Assembly (NCBI GenBank): GCA_026129095.1
Contig: JAHCIT010000001.1
Coordinates: 372,245-436,244, forward strand
Direction of reading: 5' to 3'
DNA length: 64,000 nt
DNA from: Deltaproteobacteria bacterium
GTDB lineage: Bacteria > JAGRBM01 > JAHCIT01
Part shown: in pieces, positions 38,312 through 48,871 of the stretch
Position numbering within the stretch: position 1 is the stretch's first letter
How the letters are laid out: each line of letters starts with the position of its first letter
The notes under the pieces: generated by a model
The model's database searches: none
Told to the model about the DNA's origin: nothing
Seen by the model: the letters and a program-made list of their open reading frames with translations, nothing else
Program-made: the position numbers and the translations under genes

Positions 38312-40624
38312 ATGATTCCTGATCTCACGCTGTCTCTTCTCCTGATATTTTCACCTGCCTTGGCCGGTGTACTGGTTATTTTTGTCCCTGGCACGGGAGC
38401 AATCGCCCACTGGCTGGGAGCTGCGGCATCGGCTGTCTCGGTTTTCTGTGCGATTCAGCTGGGCCTTGTTGGAGGAAGCGAGACTGTTCTGGCCGCCCAG
38501 TGGGTCAAGGCGCTGGAAATCGACATTTCCTTCCGGATCAATCCACTCACTTTGAGCCTCGCCGGCATGGTGGCCGGTATCGGGGCCATCATTCTCCACT
38601 ACTGCGGCCATTACTTTGCGCCCGGCCAGAAGCGCGACCGGGTCATCGCCACGCTTTCCCTGTTTGAGTCCGCAATGCTCGGTGTCGTGCTTTCCGACAA
38701 TCTCTATCTCATCTTTATCTTCTGGGAACTGACAGGGCTCTGTTCTTTCTTCCTGATCGCTACCGATTCCGACAAGGATCCCGACGCCCCGCTTGCCGCA
38801 AAACAGGCATTACTGGTGACCGTAGGCGGCGGGCTTCCCATGCTGATCGGGTTCATCTACCTGGCATCCATGACGGGAACGGCGAGCCTCGCCCAGCTCG
38901 CGGCGAACCCTCCTCCACCGGACATAGCACTGGTAGCTCTTGCCTTCATCCTGCCCGGCGTGCTCACGAAGAGTGCCCAGTTCCCCTTCCATTTCTGGCT
39001 TCCCGGCGCGATGGCAGCCCCTACTCCTATTTCGGCTTACCTGCACTCGGCGACCATGGTGAAGGCTGGCGTGATTCTGCTGCTTTTCCTGTACCCGGTG
39101 TTGGGTGAATCGTGGCTCTGGCACACCGCGCTCATTCCTCTTGGAGCGGTAACCATGCTCTGGGGAAGTTTTCAGGCGCTCCGGCAGGATGACATCAAAA
39201 TCCTCATGGCCTGGTCTACCGTGGCACAACTCGGCCTGCTGGTGACAGCTATTGGCATTGGCTCGCCGCTTTCAATTCGGGGTGCGGTAATGCATCTGTT
39301 TGCCCACGCCTTTTTTAAGGCAGCACTGTTTCTGGTAGTGGGCATTGTCTACCACGAAACCCATACACGGCTTTTATCCAAACTCGGCGGCATGCGTACC
39401 GTGATGCCATTACTGGCGGTAGCATGCGCGGCATGCGCGGCCTCCATGGCCGGTGCACCTCCATTCGCCGGGTTCCTTTCGAAGGAGATCATCCTGGAGG
39501 CCGGATTCGGATCCTGGGGTTGGGCCCGGATCGTGTCACTTGCAGCCATTACGCTGGGATCAATAGGTACTGTCTGGTATTCAGCCAGATTCTACATTGG
39601 GATATTCGAAGGCGAGCAGAGGAGCGACGACGCCCGTCACGCCCACAAACCGGCTGTTTCCTTTGAGAGCGGGACGGTTTTCCTCGCTCTTCTGACCGTT
39701 GGAATCGGATTTGCTGCCGGGTGGTTTGGCGATACGATCCTGAATCCGGCCGTTACGACACTAAGCAGGGCGGAAGCAGCCGCCGGACACCTTGCGCTAT
39801 GGCATGGTGTTAATGTCCCGCTGATTACCTCCATCACCATTCTGTCGGCGGGTTTTCTCCTGCACCGAAGGGCAGGATTAAAACCGCTAGCAGGCTCCGG
39901 CTTTGGAACCGACGCCTCCGTCCTGTTCGAGCAGTTCCAGGACGGATGCAAATCCGTTGGCAGCTGGCTCAACCGCTACCTTTCAGCGGCCAATCCATCC
40001 TGGTATTTTGCAGCCGCCATCATTGCCGGGTTTGCCGGGGCCATCGTCGGCATTCCCTCCTATCCATACGAGTTTTCGATGGGAGAGCTGCCGATTGCCG
40101 CATGGATGGTAATCGCCGTACAAGCGTTGTCCATCGCCGGTATTTTCTCTGTCCGCAGCCGTCTGGCACGTGCGCTGCTACTTTCCGCTGTCGGTTTCAG
40201 CACAGCCGTCCTGTATCGCATTTTCCGCGCTCCGGATCTGGTGCTGACACAGGTGCTGGTTGAAATCCTGCTGACGGTGTTTCTTGTCCTGTCAATCCGG
40301 TTCTTGCCCCGAAGCACCGGCACGGTCTGGCCGCGCAATCCGGTGGCCATACCAGCCCGCACCCTCCTCTCTCTGGCTGCTGGAGCTGGAGCTGCCGCCG
40401 TGGCGCTGGCGATGTTCGCCATTCCCCGCGATACACGGCTGGCCGACTATTTCTTCCGTGCCGCTCCCGAAATCTCCCAGGGCAACAACATCGTTAACGT
40501 CATCATCGTTGATGTCCGCGGCATCGATACCCTGATGGAGGTCATGGTGATTGTGGTGGCAGTACTTGGTGTCGCGGGACTGATACGGCATCGGGAACTG
40601 CCAGTGGAGGAAACGCCCGAATGA
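38312..40624 (+). CDS. mrpA: Na+/H+ antiporter Mrp subunit A
   Basis: FWELT, KSAQFPFHFWLPGAMAAPTPISAYLHSATMVKAG, HAFFKAALF, APDLVLTQ, NIVNVIIVDVRGIDT. Confidence 0.93.
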   Translation: MIPDLTLSLLLIFSPALAGVLVIFVPGTGAIAHWLGAAASAVSVFCAIQLGLVGGSETVLAAQWVKALEIDISFRINPLTLSLAGMVAGIGAIILHYCGHYFAPGQKRDRVIATLSLFESAMLGVVLSDNLYLIFIFWELTGLCSFFLIATDSDKDPDAPLAAKQALLVTVGGGLPMLIGFIYLASMTGTASLAQLAANPPPPDIALVALAFILPGVLTKSAQFPFHFWLPGAMAAPTPISAYLHSATMVKAGVILLLFLYPVLGESWLWHTALIPLGAVTMLWGSFQALRQDDIKILMAWSTVAQLGLLVTAIGIGSPLSIRGAVMHLFAHAFFKAALFLVVGIVYHETHTRLLSKLGGMRTVMPLLAVACAACAASMAGAPPFAGFLSKEIILEAGFGSWGWARIVSLAAITLGSIGTVWYSARFYIGIFEGEQRSDDARHAHKPAVSFESGTVFLALLTVGIGFAAGWFGDTILNPAVTTLSRAEAAAGHLALWHGVNVPLITSITILSAGFLLHRRAGLKPLAGSGFGTDASVLFEQFQDGCKSVGSWLNRYLSAANPSWYFAAAIIAGFAGAIVGIPSYPYEFSMGELPIAAWMVIAVQALSIAGIFSVRSRLARALLLSAVGFSTAVLYRIFRAPDLVLTQVLVEILLTVFLVLSIRFLPRSTGTVWPRNPVAIPARTLLSLAAGAGAAAVALAMFAIPRDTRLADYFFRAAPEISQGNNIVNVIIVDVRGIDTLMEVMVIVVAVLGVAGLIRHRELPVEETPE

Positions 40625-41091
40625 GGAGTTTTCTGCTTGAGCAGCTCTCCCGGCTCATATTGCCGCTCGCCATCCTGCTTGCAATCCACCTCTACTGGCG
40701 TGGCCACAATCTGCCCGGTGGCGGTTTTGTAGGCGGTCTCACGCTCGCCGTTGCAGGCATTCTCATCGTTGCTGCCTATGGCCTAAAGGTATTCCGGGAC
40801 CGGGTGCCGGTCGACCCCGCATGGATGGCAGTCTTCGGGTTCGTTTTCATCATGGTCGCAACGCTTCTCCCGCTGTTCCTCGGCCAGCCGATGCTGACGC
40901 ACCAGCAGGGGCATATAGATATGTTCGGCGTGCTCCCGTACCATTTCCATACAGCGGCCATTTACGACCTTGGCGTCATGCTGGTTGTGGGTGCTGGAGG
41001 CACTTCCGCAGCCATTCACCTGTGGGAACTTCCCCACTCCGCCCACGATCATAATGACAGCGGCACTCCAGCGGATGGAGAGCAGCCGTGA
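40621..41091 (+). CDS. mrpB: Mrp subunit B
   Basis: RGHNLPGGGFVGG, YDLGV; ATGA coupling to mrpA. Confidence 0.92.
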   Translation: MRSFLLEQLSRLILPLAILLAIHLYWRGHNLPGGGFVGGLTLAVAGILIVAAYGLKVFRDRVPVDPAWMAVFGFVFIMVATLLPLFLGQPMLTHQQGHIDMFGVLPYHFHTAAIYDLGVMLVVGAGGTSAAIHLWELPHSAHDHNDSGTPADGEQP

Positions 41092-41501
41092 GCATCTTTC
41101 TTGCTCTTTCCGTGTTTCTCACCACGTCGGCAGGTGTATATCTGCTTCTCGACCGGAGCATGTTCCGGGTAATCCTGGGAGTCGGCTTTGTCGGCCATGC
41201 GACCAACCTGATAGTTTTGGCCTCCGGGCGCTGGCGGCCAAGGTCGCCCATCGTGGATGAAACCCTCCAGGCGGCGGAAATGGCCGACCCGCTTCCTCAC
41301 GCCTTCATTCTGACAGCAATCGTCATCTCAATGGCCGTGACCATCTATCTGATGACTCTGATGGTGATGAATGTCCGAACCAGTGGGCTCAGCTCGATTG
41401 AACCTGCTCCTGAAACTGATGCGGGCCGACAGCCTGACCATATTCGGTCCGAACTGGAAGGCCGAACCACATCCGCAGATGCAGAAGGTACGGCTGCATG
41501 A
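41088..41501 (+). CDS. mrpC: Mrp subunit C
   Basis: GVYLLL, HATNL, DPLPHAFILTAIVI. Confidence 0.92.
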   Translation: MSIFLALSVFLTTSAGVYLLLDRSMFRVILGVGFVGHATNLIVLASGRWRPRSPIVDETLQAAEMADPLPHAFILTAIVISMAVTIYLMTLMVMNVRTSGLSSIEPAPETDAGRQPDHIRSELEGRTTSADAEGTAA

Positions 41502-43012
41502 CCATAGAGCCGGTACTTATGTTTTTGCTTCCAGTGACGGCCGCACTGGCAATCTGGCTGGCCCGGCTGGAATACCGCGCTGCGCGCGGACTGACTCTGG
41601 TCACAAGCATCATCCTTCTGCTGACAAGCGTCCGGCTACTGGTTCTTGCAGATGGCACGGACCGGTGGGTCCACTATGTCGGCAACTGGCCCGCCCCGTT
41701 CGGAATTACTTGGGTTGTGGACCGGCTCGCTGCACTTTTCGCCTTTATCCAGTCCCTCCTGCTGGTCGCGGCTACTGGAATGCTGCGCTCGGAAACCCAT
41801 GGCGAGACCACGGCCCTCAGGGCCTATCCACTGCTCCTGGTGCTCGCCTTCGGCCTTATGGGCGCAGTTTTTACGGCAGATATTTTCAACCTGTTCGTGA
41901 TGTTCGAGGTGGTCCTGATTACCTCGTATCTTCTGATCCAGGTTCCCGGCACTCCCCGTTCCCTCAAGGCTGGTTTCCCCAATGTGGTCATCAATGTGAT
42001 CGCCGCCGCATTTTTCTTCGCTGGAGTAGGGATTCTTTATGGAATCGGCGGATCGGTAAATATGGCTGATCTTGCAATGCGGGTTCCTGATGCAGACCCC
42101 TTCCTCCGGCTGGCCGGTGCCGGCATGATCGTGACCGCATTTGTCATCAAGGCTGGCGTGCTTCCGGTAACCGTATTCTGGCTGCCGGCAACCTATCCGA
42201 CCTTCTCTGGGCCAGTCGCGGCATTTTTCGGCGGCATGCTGACCAAGCTGGGCATTTACGCCCTGATCCGGACGGCTCCAATCCTGCTGGTCCCGACCGG
42301 GCTAAACTCGGTGCTCTTATGGCTTGGTGGCGCCACGGCCCTCATCGGCGTATTGATGGCTTTCGCCCAGTATGAACTGAGGCGTTTGCTGTCTTTCCAC
42401 ATCGTCTCGCAGGTGGGGTACATGGCCGCAGCCTTGTCGCTGCTGACTCCTGCAGGCATCGCAGCGGCAATTTTCTTCGCTCTGCACAACATACTCGTGA
42501 AATCGGCTCTTTATTTCACCGCTGATGAACTGGAACGGGCCAACGGAACCCGCGATCTACGGGAGATGCGCTGGTACCGGGGAGGGACAGGCGTTGCATT
42601 CATTTTCTGCGTCGCTGCCTTCTCGATAGCCGGAATCCCGCCGCTGTCGGGTTTTTTCGGAAAACTGTCGGTATTCAAGGCAGTCTGGGATGAAACCGCG
42701 GTTGGGCCCCTTGCTCTGCTGGTGGCAGCATCATTCTTTACACTCGCCTCAATGGTGAAAATCTGGCAATTCTGCTTTCAGCAAGTGCCGGAGGCAAGGC
42801 GCCCGGCAGGCTTTGAGGACAACCGGTCTCCCGCCCGGCTGATACCTCTCCTGCTCGTGACTGCCGTTTCGCTGGCAATGGGGGCTGGAGCCGGATGGAT
42901 GAGCCGCTACAGTCTTGATGCCGCACGGCAGGTGCTGGATACGAAGGGCGCCGTCAAGGAAATCATACGGCCTGAAATGGCCATTATGCCCGAACCGAAG
43001 GAGCCACACTGA
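41498..43012 (+). CDS. mrpD: Mrp subunit D
   Basis: GNWPAPFGI, DIFNLFVMFEV, WLPATY, LTKLGIY, GIPPLSGFFGK. Confidence 0.93.
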   Translation: MTIEPVLMFLLPVTAALAIWLARLEYRAARGLTLVTSIILLLTSVRLLVLADGTDRWVHYVGNWPAPFGITWVVDRLAALFAFIQSLLLVAATGMLRSETHGETTALRAYPLLLVLAFGLMGAVFTADIFNLFVMFEVVLITSYLLIQVPGTPRSLKAGFPNVVINVIAAAFFFAGVGILYGIGGSVNMADLAMRVPDADPFLRLAGAGMIVTAFVIKAGVLPVTVFWLPATYPTFSGPVAAFFGGMLTKLGIYALIRTAPILLVPTGLNSVLLWLGGATALIGVLMAFAQYELRRLLSFHIVSQVGYMAAALSLLTPAGIAAAIFFALHNILVKSALYFTADELERANGTRDLREMRWYRGGTGVAFIFCVAAFSIAGIPPLSGFFGKLSVFKAVWDETAVGPLALLVAASFFTLASMVKIWQFCFQQVPEARRPAGFEDNRSPARLIPLLLVTAVSLAMGAGAGWMSRYSLDAARQVLDTKGAVKEIIRPEMAIMPEPKEPH

Positions 43013-43488
43013 TGCGACTGCTCGGTTTCACGCTGGCTTGTGCGCTCATATGGGTTGCCCTGGAAGGGGATTTCCAGGGCAGCCGGTTCCTGATGGGACT
43101 TCTCATCGGAATCGTACTGGTGACAATGGAGCAGTCCCGTCTTCGGCGGACAAATATCTGGCGCAAGACCTTTGCGGCGGTTTATATACTGTTTCTATTT
43201 CTATTCGAGATCGTTTACGCCAACTGGGAACAACTCAAAATTGTACTGGCACCAAAGGTAAAGGTTGAGCCCCATTGGATTCAGTATCCCATGCAGCTCC
43301 AGAGTCCACACTTTCAGGCCATGCTGGCCGCCATGATCACGCTTACTCCCGGTACCTGCTCGGTGGATGTCGATCCGGGCCGCCGGATCATCTGGGTTCA
43401 TGCACTGAATGCCGCTGATGCACCGGCCACCATCGCCCGTATTCACGACCGGCTGGAAAAGCCCCTGCTCAGCCTGGAGGAAACATGA
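43012..43488 (+). CDS. mrpE: Mrp subunit E
   Basis: ITLTPGT, VHAL; operon position. Confidence 0.9.
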   Translation: MRLLGFTLACALIWVALEGDFQGSRFLMGLLIGIVLVTMEQSRLRRTNIWRKTFAAVYILFLFLFEIVYANWEQLKIVLAPKVKVEPHWIQYPMQLQSPHFQAMLAAMITLTPGTCSVDVDPGRRIIWVHALNAADAPATIARIHDRLEKPLLSLEET

Positions 43489-43754
43489 TCGGCATTATCT
43501 ACCAGATCAGCACCGGAATTATCTGTCTGGCCATGCTGATGGCTGCCATCCGCGCTGTACGGGGGCCTTCGTCCTTCGACCGGGTGATGTCAGTCGATAT
43601 GGTGGCCTTGGGCGTTGTCGGCCTGCTGATGACCGAGTCGGTGGCAAGCCGCGATCTCACCTATTTTGATGCGGCGCTTTCACTCGCCCTTTGTTCATTC
43701 ATCGGAACGGCATTTCTTGCCCATTTTCTCGGGGAGGGTCAGCTCGATGACTGA
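43485..43754 (+). CDS. mrpF: Mrp subunit F
   Basis: RGPSSFDRVMSVD, FIGT. Confidence 0.9.
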   Translation: MIGIIYQISTGIICLAMLMAAIRAVRGPSSFDRVMSVDMVALGVVGLLMTESVASRDLTYFDAALSLALCSFIGTAFLAHFLGEGQLDD

Positions 43755-44169
43755 ACTGGCCTATTCCGGGTTCGAATGGGCGGCCGCCCTGTTTACGCTG
43801 GCGGGATCGTTTTTCTTCCTGGCGGGAGCTATTGCCATCTTCCGGTTACCGGACTTCTACTGCCGCATGCATGGGCCTACCAAGGCGGTCACTCTAGGTC
43901 TTATGCTGGTCGGAACCGGAGCCCTGCTTCGGTCCATTGAAGGTGCCAGCGCCCACTGGCCCAAAGATCTGATACTGGTCATCTTCCTGTTTATTACTGC
44001 CCCGGTGAGCGCGCAGCTACTGATGCGTGCGGCCTGTGCACGCCGGGAGGTGCAAACCGGAACCGCTCGCGGCCTGCCGCCACTCCAAGATGTGGAGCAT
44101 GTGGAAGAAACCGGCGAACTGGTCAAGGCACTGGTTCACGAGAAATACAAAAACAACAGCCCTGACTGA
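43747..44169 (+). CDS. mrpG: Mrp subunit G
   Basis: RLPDFYCRMHGPTKAVTLG, TAPVSA. Confidence 0.9.
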   Translation: MTELAYSGFEWAAALFTLAGSFFFLAGAIAIFRLPDFYCRMHGPTKAVTLGLMLVGTGALLRSIEGASAHWPKDLILVIFLFITAPVSAQLLMRAACARREVQTGTARGLPPLQDVEHVEETGELVKALVHEKYKNNSPD

Positions 44170-44207
44170 TCCGATAGCGGCAATCAGCAGTCATAAGGAG
44201 TCTTCCC

Positions 44208-44720
44208 ATGCCAAAATCAAAAGAACCTGCCAAGAAACCTTCCCGGTCCCAAAAGAAGGCGGCCCCTGCCGGTGTGCCCTTAGCAAAAGAGTTCAGTGAC
44301 CAGCAGAATCTGCGTATCGTCAAGGACTTTTTCAGCCTGACAGAATCGCTTGACCTCGACCGGGCGATGGGATTCTTCTCTGAGAACGCCGTTTATCACA
44401 ATATTCCATTACCGCCCGCTCGCGGGAAGCGCCAAGTGGAACGTACACTCCGGAGCATGATGCAGTATGTAACCGGTTTTGAAGTCCAGATGCTTCATAT
44501 CGCCGCTGGCGACGGCGCGGTGCTCACCGAGCGCATCGACAGGATTACTGTGGGTCCAATCAGGATCGAACTGCCAGTAAGCGGAACTTTTGAAATAAAA
44601 GACGGACAAATCACCGCCTGGCGGGACTATTTTGACCTGATCCAAATGTTCCGTCTCATGATGCCGTCACTGGGGGAAGTTGCCGCCCGGAGCCTGAAAG
44701 GGTTTCTGCCGTCCCGGTGA
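44208..44720 (+). CDS. Limonene-1,2-epoxide hydrolase family (NTF2-like) protein
   Basis: YHNIP, VLTERID, WRDYFD catalytic-residue pattern; AAGGAG RBS. Confidence 0.85.
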   Translation: MPKSKEPAKKPSRSQKKAAPAGVPLAKEFSDQQNLRIVKDFFSLTESLDLDRAMGFFSENAVYHNIPLPPARGKRQVERTLRSMMQYVTGFEVQMLHIAAGDGAVLTERIDRITVGPIRIELPVSGTFEIKDGQITAWRDYFDLIQMFRLMMPSLGEVAARSLKGFLPSR

Positions 44721-47193
44721 TTCCCAGAGCACCCATGAGTTCTTCAGCATTGGCGGCCGCAATGGCGCGTCCCACTGCCTCCGATGACCGGATCGAGCGG
44801 GCGATATCCGCGAGTACATCCAGCCGCTCCCGTGCGTAATCCAGCCGGGACGGATTGAGTACCACAAAAACAAGCCGGGCCCCTTTCACGGACGCCGGTT
44901 GCTCGAAGACTCCCGCTGAACTGCACATGAGAACAGCGGGTTCTTCCAGCGCCCCGTAATCACCGTGAACGACAAATACTCCTGGTGTAACCTGAACTGC
45001 GGAGGCCAAGAGGTCATGAGTGATCGAGTCCGGTAATGGATAGTACAGATGAAGCCCCGGAGACGCTTTTTCCAGAAGCTTCTGCAATACAACTTGCAGC
45101 GAAGTATCCTCTGCGTGAACTATCACCCGCTCAGGATTGACAAGGCCCGCCAGCCGCGAAACCTCGGCTGCCTTTCCGGCCACCGTCATGGTGGCAGCGG
45201 CCGGTTCCGGCGGATAGGAAACCACGAAATTCACGTCCGGGAATCTCTCGGCGATCTGCCGGGGCATCCTGTCCAGAGCCGCCCTCCATCCAAGGCTGCC
45301 CTCACGTGGAGCGTACAGCAGCAAGAGATCATTGGAGGTAATCCGGTCTGCCAGTGCCTGCTGGAGCCCATTCCATGATTCGATGGTTTCGATCTTGAAC
45401 TCCGCCGCCGGTTTTGCGGCCCCAAGTTGCCGCTTGATTACCTTTTCCGCCTGCCTTTCCCCCAGAACAACTACAGGACAGGACAACTTGGCGGCGATCA
45501 TCTTAACGGTGGAGGCTACAGCCAGAAAGCCGGGCTCACGCTCGGCACGGGGCGGAATAGCCAGTACGATCCGGGTCATCGTGTTCAACGGGTGCATCAG
45601 GCGGGCGACCAGCAGTTGGGGCTCCGAATCGTCAAGAAGCTTCTCCAGCACAGTTCCAAACAGACGATTTTGGGCAGATACCTTTCCGGCCCACCCAACA
45701 ATCACATGGGATATCCGAAGCTCCTGACGGGCACGCATGATGGCGGCCGCCGCATTGATATCAATGCGGGTAACCGCACGGGTCGGAACGTCTGCAGCGG
45801 TCAGCTTCATCACCGCTCTGGCGAGCATTTTTTCCGCATAGACGACATTTTCACTGGCCCGGCTGTCTTCGTGCACAACCGTAAGCGGATATACTGGCTG
45901 CGCCTGGGTGGCATCACGGATCAGCATGGCAAGGTCCAGAAGCGGAACCGCTGTCTCGGCATTGGACATTGATACCAGAATCCGCTGGGGCGGGATGTCC
46001 TCCTCAGGACGCAGGTCCTCCTGCAGCATTGCCAGATTGCGGCCATGCCGGTCGACAACAAGCGGTGCGTAAACACAGGTGCCGATCATCATGACGATTG
46101 CCCCGTTCACCACCGCATCGTCGAACAGTCCTATCCGGTAGCCAACCATCACTGCCGCCAGTGTTGCGGCCGCCTGCGGCACGCTCAGACCAAACATCAC
46201 CTGGATTTCATCGCGGCTGTACCGGAACAAAATCCCTGAAAGACGGGCAGCTAACCACTTGGTCGCCAGGACCGAGCCCAGCATTCCTATGGATACCGCC
46301 CAGGAACGGAAACCGCTGAAAAATACCCTCACATCCAGCAACATTCCGATAGAAAGCAGGAAAAACGGGATAAACAACGCCTCACCGGTGAACTGCACAC
46401 GGTTCATCAGCGGCCCATCATGCGGAATCAGCCGGTTGAGCGCCAGCCCAGCCAGAAATGCTCCGACAATCGGCTCTATTCCTGCCAGATGAGAAAGACT
46501 GGCCGCCACAAACACCGAGGCTAGGACGAAAATGAACTCTGCCGGGCCATCCGGCCGGACGTTGCGGAAAAACCATCGTGCCAGCCTGGGAAGACCGATC
46601 AGGATAACCGATACGTAAAGACTCATCGACACGCCAAGCTGGAACCAGAAAGCGTCGTCTATCTCCCCCTTTTCGGTCATCCGGGCGATAACGGCCAGAA
46701 CAAGCAAGGCCGCCGTATCCGTAATGATCGTACCGCCCAAGGTCGTCGTCACCGCCTGATTTTTTGCCAGCCCCAGCCGGCTAACGATCGGATAAGCAAG
46801 AAGCGTGTGGGACGCGAACAAACTGGCAAGCAAGATGGCAGCAGGCCAGTCGAATCCCAGGATGTAATGGGCCATCAGGGTCCCTAGGCCCTGCGGAAAC
46901 GCAAACGTCAGCACCCCGAAAACGATACTGTGGAATTTCGACCGCTTGAGGACAACGAGGTCGATCTCCAGTGCAGCTGCGAACATGATGTACAGCAAGC
47001 CGACCGTTCCGAGCAGCACGATTGACTGGTCGCGTGCCAGTATCCCGAGGGCATTGGGGCCCAGAATGGCGCCGGCCAGCAACATGCCGATGGCGCCCGG
47101 AATCCGGTAACGCTCCAGCAGCAGGGGCGTAGTGAGAATAAGCATCGTCACTACGGCAAAAACAATCACCGGATCGGTGATAGGGGAAAGCAT
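44656..47193 (-). CDS. Cation:proton antiporter (CPA2) fused to USP-like and PTS-IIA-like domains
   Basis: ASHTLLAYP, TIITDT, EPIVGAFLAG, FIPFF; cytoplasmic USP-like region; C-terminal GVFVVHG and LADIAR resembling EIIA. Confidence 0.8.
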   Translation of the reverse strand: MLSPITDPVIVFAVVTMLILTTPLLLERYRIPGAIGMLLAGAILGPNALGILARDQSIVLLGTVGLLYIMFAAALEIDLVVLKRSKFHSIVFGVLTFAFPQGLGTLMAHYILGFDWPAAILLASLFASHTLLAYPIVSRLGLAKNQAVTTTLGGTIITDTAALLVLAVIARMTEKGEIDDAFWFQLGVSMSLYVSVILIGLPRLARWFFRNVRPDGPAEFIFVLASVFVAASLSHLAGIEPIVGAFLAGLALNRLIPHDGPLMNRVQFTGEALFIPFFLLSIGMLLDVRVFFSGFRSWAVSIGMLGSVLATKWLAARLSGILFRYSRDEIQVMFGLSVPQAAATLAAVMVGYRIGLFDDAVVNGAIVMMIGTCVYAPLVVDRHGRNLAMLQEDLRPEEDIPPQRILVSMSNAETAVPLLDLAMLIRDATQAQPVYPLTVVHEDSRASENVVYAEKMLARAVMKLTAADVPTRAVTRIDINAAAAIMRARQELRISHVIVGWAGKVSAQNRLFGTVLEKLLDDSEPQLLVARLMHPLNTMTRIVLAIPPRAEREPGFLAVASTVKMIAAKLSCPVVVLGERQAEKVIKRQLGAAKPAAEFKIETIESWNGLQQALADRITSNDLLLLYAPREGSLGWRAALDRMPRQIAERFPDVNFVVSYPPEPAAATMTVAGKAAEVSRLAGLVNPERVIVHAEDTSLQVVLQKLLEKASPGLHLYYPLPDSITHDLLASAVQVTPGVFVVHGDYGALEEPAVLMCSSAGVFEQPASVKGARLVFVVLNPSRLDYARERLDVLADIARSIRSSEAVGRAIAAANAEELMGALGITGTAETLSGSGRQLPPVTAS

Positions 47194-47336
47194 CCGTCAG
47201 CCTCCGGGAACTCTTTATATCAGTTCCACTGTCCAAAGGGCACACCTGTCCATTGAAAACCAGCCCGGCGCCGTTTGCCAAGAGGCGTTCAAATCGGCTT
47301 TGCTGTGTGTCTCGCAGGCAAAGGGGGAAAACCAGA

Positions 47337-48863
47337 ATGGGCGTGATCGCCGAAACACGTACCGGCAAGATCAAGGGTATTGAGCAAAATGGAGTCAACG
47401 TATTCCGGGGAATCCCGTTTGCCGCGCCGCCTGTCGGGAAACTCCGCTTCCAGGCTCCGCAACACCCGGCACCCTGGAGTGGTGTCCGGGATGCCACCAG
47501 GTTCGGGCCGTCTGCCCCTCAGGACACCATGCCGGGCATGGAAGTAGGTCCCCAGAGTGAAGATTGCCTCTATCTGAACGTCTGGACCCCGGCTGCTGAC
47601 AATAAGTGCCGGCCCGTGATGGTCTGGATTCATGGCGGCGGCTTCATGGGTGGTTCCGGTTCGCAAGAGATGTACGAGGCCACCAGTCTTGCCCGTTCAG
47701 GCGACGTGACAGTGGTGACAATCAATTACCGGCTTGGGGCACTGGGCTTTCTGTACCCAGCCTCCCTTCTCGGTGAATCATTTCCAAGCACCCCGAACGC
47801 CGGCATACTGGATCAGATCGCAGCGCTCGAATGGGTACGGGACAATATTGGCAACTTTGGCGGTGATCCCGGCAATGTCACAATTTTCGGCGAATCGGCT
47901 GGCGGCATGAGTACGGCTGTCCTGTTCGGCATGGAACGCTCAAAAGGCCTGTTCCATCGCGCTATACCGCAGAGCGGAGCCGCACATAACGTCTGCCAGC
48001 TGGAGGATGCCCGTGCCGTCGTTGAGCGTTTCCTTCATGAAGCGAATGTAAGCCCCTCGCAGCCGCAACGGCTTCTGGAACTCACACCCGAGGAAATACG
48101 GACGGCCCAGCGCAGGACTGCCAGCCTCACCGTCAATCATAATGTTAAAGACCGACTTCCACTCGCCGGCATGGTGTTTGTGCCAGTTGTGGATGGAAAG
48201 ATCATTTCCCAGCAACCACTGGAGGCCGTCCGCACGGGGCTTTCAGCGAATGTGCCGCTGATGATTGGTACCAATCTGGATGAGTGGGCATTTTTCATAC
48301 AATTCACCGAGGTGAAAAAGAAAAACCTGGACGAGGCGGGGCTCTTCAAGGTGCTTTCCAAGCGGCTTGGCGACACGACTACAATGCGGGCCGAGCAGGC
48401 GGTCGCCGTCTACCGGAAAGGACGGCCAGACTCCAAACCCGTTGATATCTACTGCGCCTTCGAGTCCGACCGCATCTTCCGGATTCCGGCCATCCGGCTG
48501 GCTGAAGCACATGCTCCCCATTCAGCCCCGACCTGGAAATACCTGTTCACATGGGCTTCGCCCATGATGGGCGGCCTGCTCAAGAGCTGTCATGCATTGG
48601 AAATTCCGTTCGTGTTCGGCAATGGCGACAGCCAGTTCGGCAAGCTGTTCACCGGCGGTGGAGAAGCGGCAAAACCGCTAACCCGCACCATGCAGTCCGC
48701 ATGGCTCGCGTTTGCCCGGACAGGCAACCCGGCCTCAACGGATCTTCCGGACTGGCCGTCCTATGACACGACCCGCCGGTCCACGATGGAATTTGGCAGC
48801 AGGGTTCGCGTGGTTAACGACCCGCTTCCGGAGGAACGCCGCTTCTGGGACGGGATTCTGTAG
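47337..48863 (+). CDS. Carboxylesterase type B (PnbA-like)
   Basis: EDCLYLNVW, HGGGF, FGESAG nucleophile, catalytic His in CHALE. Confidence 0.93.
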   Translation: MGVIAETRTGKIKGIEQNGVNVFRGIPFAAPPVGKLRFQAPQHPAPWSGVRDATRFGPSAPQDTMPGMEVGPQSEDCLYLNVWTPAADNKCRPVMVWIHGGGFMGGSGSQEMYEATSLARSGDVTVVTINYRLGALGFLYPASLLGESFPSTPNAGILDQIAALEWVRDNIGNFGGDPGNVTIFGESAGGMSTAVLFGMERSKGLFHRAIPQSGAAHNVCQLEDARAVVERFLHEANVSPSQPQRLLELTPEEIRTAQRRTASLTVNHNVKDRLPLAGMVFVPVVDGKIISQQPLEAVRTGLSANVPLMIGTNLDEWAFFIQFTEVKKKNLDEAGLFKVLSKRLGDTTTMRAEQAVAVYRKGRPDSKPVDIYCAFESDRIFRIPAIRLAEAHAPHSAPTWKYLFTWASPMMGGLLKSCHALEIPFVFGNGDSQFGKLFTGGGEAAKPLTRTMQSAWLAFARTGNPASTDLPDWPSYDTTRRSTMEFGSRVRVVNDPLPEERRFWDGIL

Positions 48864-48871
48864 CGGAACAG

